NCBI RefSeq assembly: GCF_001194135.2 | Contig: NC_068982.1 | Location: 162,105,882 to 162,169,881 of the forward strand | Length of the DNA: 64,000 nt | From: Octopus bimaculoides | Lineage: Eukaryota | Direction of reading: 5' to 3' | Shown here: in pieces, positions 63,383-64,000 of the stretch | Position numbering within the stretch: position 1 is the first letter of the stretch | Layout of the letters: each line of letters opens with the position of its first letter | Translations under genes and position numbers: made by a program | Notes under the pieces: generated by a model | Told to the model about the DNA's origin: nothing | The model's input: only the letters and a program-made list of their open reading frames with translations | Database searches by the model: none

Positions 63383-63587
63383 CAGTAATCCCTCGACTAT
63401 CGTGGGTGTTACGTTCCAAAACCTTCCACAGAAATAATTAAAATCTAAAAACATATAAATACCTATCGGCTGCAGAAACCCAGATATACTGAGGAGTCCG
63501 CGATATAAATTTACATATATTAGCCAGAAAAATCCATGATGTACCAAGTGTGCAATAGGTGAACCATGATATGGTGAGGGATTATTG
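63383..63587. mobile_element. Tigger/pogo-like MITE, 205 bp
   Basis: TA|CAGTAATCCCTCGACTATCGTGG ... CCATGATATGGTGAGGGATTATTG imperfect ~23-bp TIRs; right TSD degenerate. Confidence 0.7.
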
Positions 63588-64000
63588 ATGTTTAACCTTC
63601 CAAAGCCTTAAGATTCCAGAAATATCCAAAACTAAATTAATTCCAAAACAGATTTAAGCCATGTAATATTTCTCTTATATAATCTATTTTTGCCAATTTT
63701 ATTATTGTTTGAGTGATGTGCAGATTCTGCTCTCATGTGATACATATACACCTGAATTGTGCCATAGCTAGAAGAGTAGAGGGATGAGTGTTGGGAAGAT
63801 GAGGGGTGAGGAAACATTTGAAGGGGTGCAGGAGCAGGGCCCAGTAAGTATATAGAGATAAACAATGCTGTAGGATCTCATTTACATTGAGATGGATGTG
63901 TCTTCTCAAGCACAGCAACAGCAAATCCCCAATAGTCCTACTAATTTCTGTGTACAGTAAAAATCATCAACATCATGTTTATATATTAATTCAGTTACCA

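Noticed and set aside
60457-64000. Next Trio DH2 exon (expected ERRL.MY..YC.NKPKS-like)
   Set aside because: No matching frame with splice sites was found; it is presumably beyond the window.

Overview
AT-rich, microsatellite-dense animal genomic DNA from a draft assembly with eight N-gaps. The repeat landscape (tRNA-headed SINEs, RTE LINEs with (GAT)n tails, very long introns) suggests an octopus or other coleoid cephalopod; this is an inference. The window lies inside one + strand gene, a Trio/Kalirin-family multidomain RhoGEF. Seven GT-AG exons (892 nt, about 1.4% of the window) splice into one open frame covering the pre-GEF2 linker (KWLIDPVRKLS, MPPPMAIQEH, LATALENIVKQKM) and the first part of the second DH domain. 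None of these exons is captured correctly by the ORF track. The introns hold CR1- and RTE-type LINE fragments, several SINE families, and fossils of maT/DD37D, pogo/Tigger, Tc1, hAT, piggyBac-type and IS630-like transposons. Most notable: (1) a complete TIR-to-TIR IS630-like element whose transposase appears split by a 79-nt spliceosomal intron and has asymmetric sub-terminal repeats, plus a second unrelated IS630-like family; (2) a candidate alternative first exon that could make a GEF2-only Trio isoform; (3) several intronic hairpins and inverted SINE pairs that could form dsRNA; (4) several near-identical local duplications spaced 1-1.7 kb apart.
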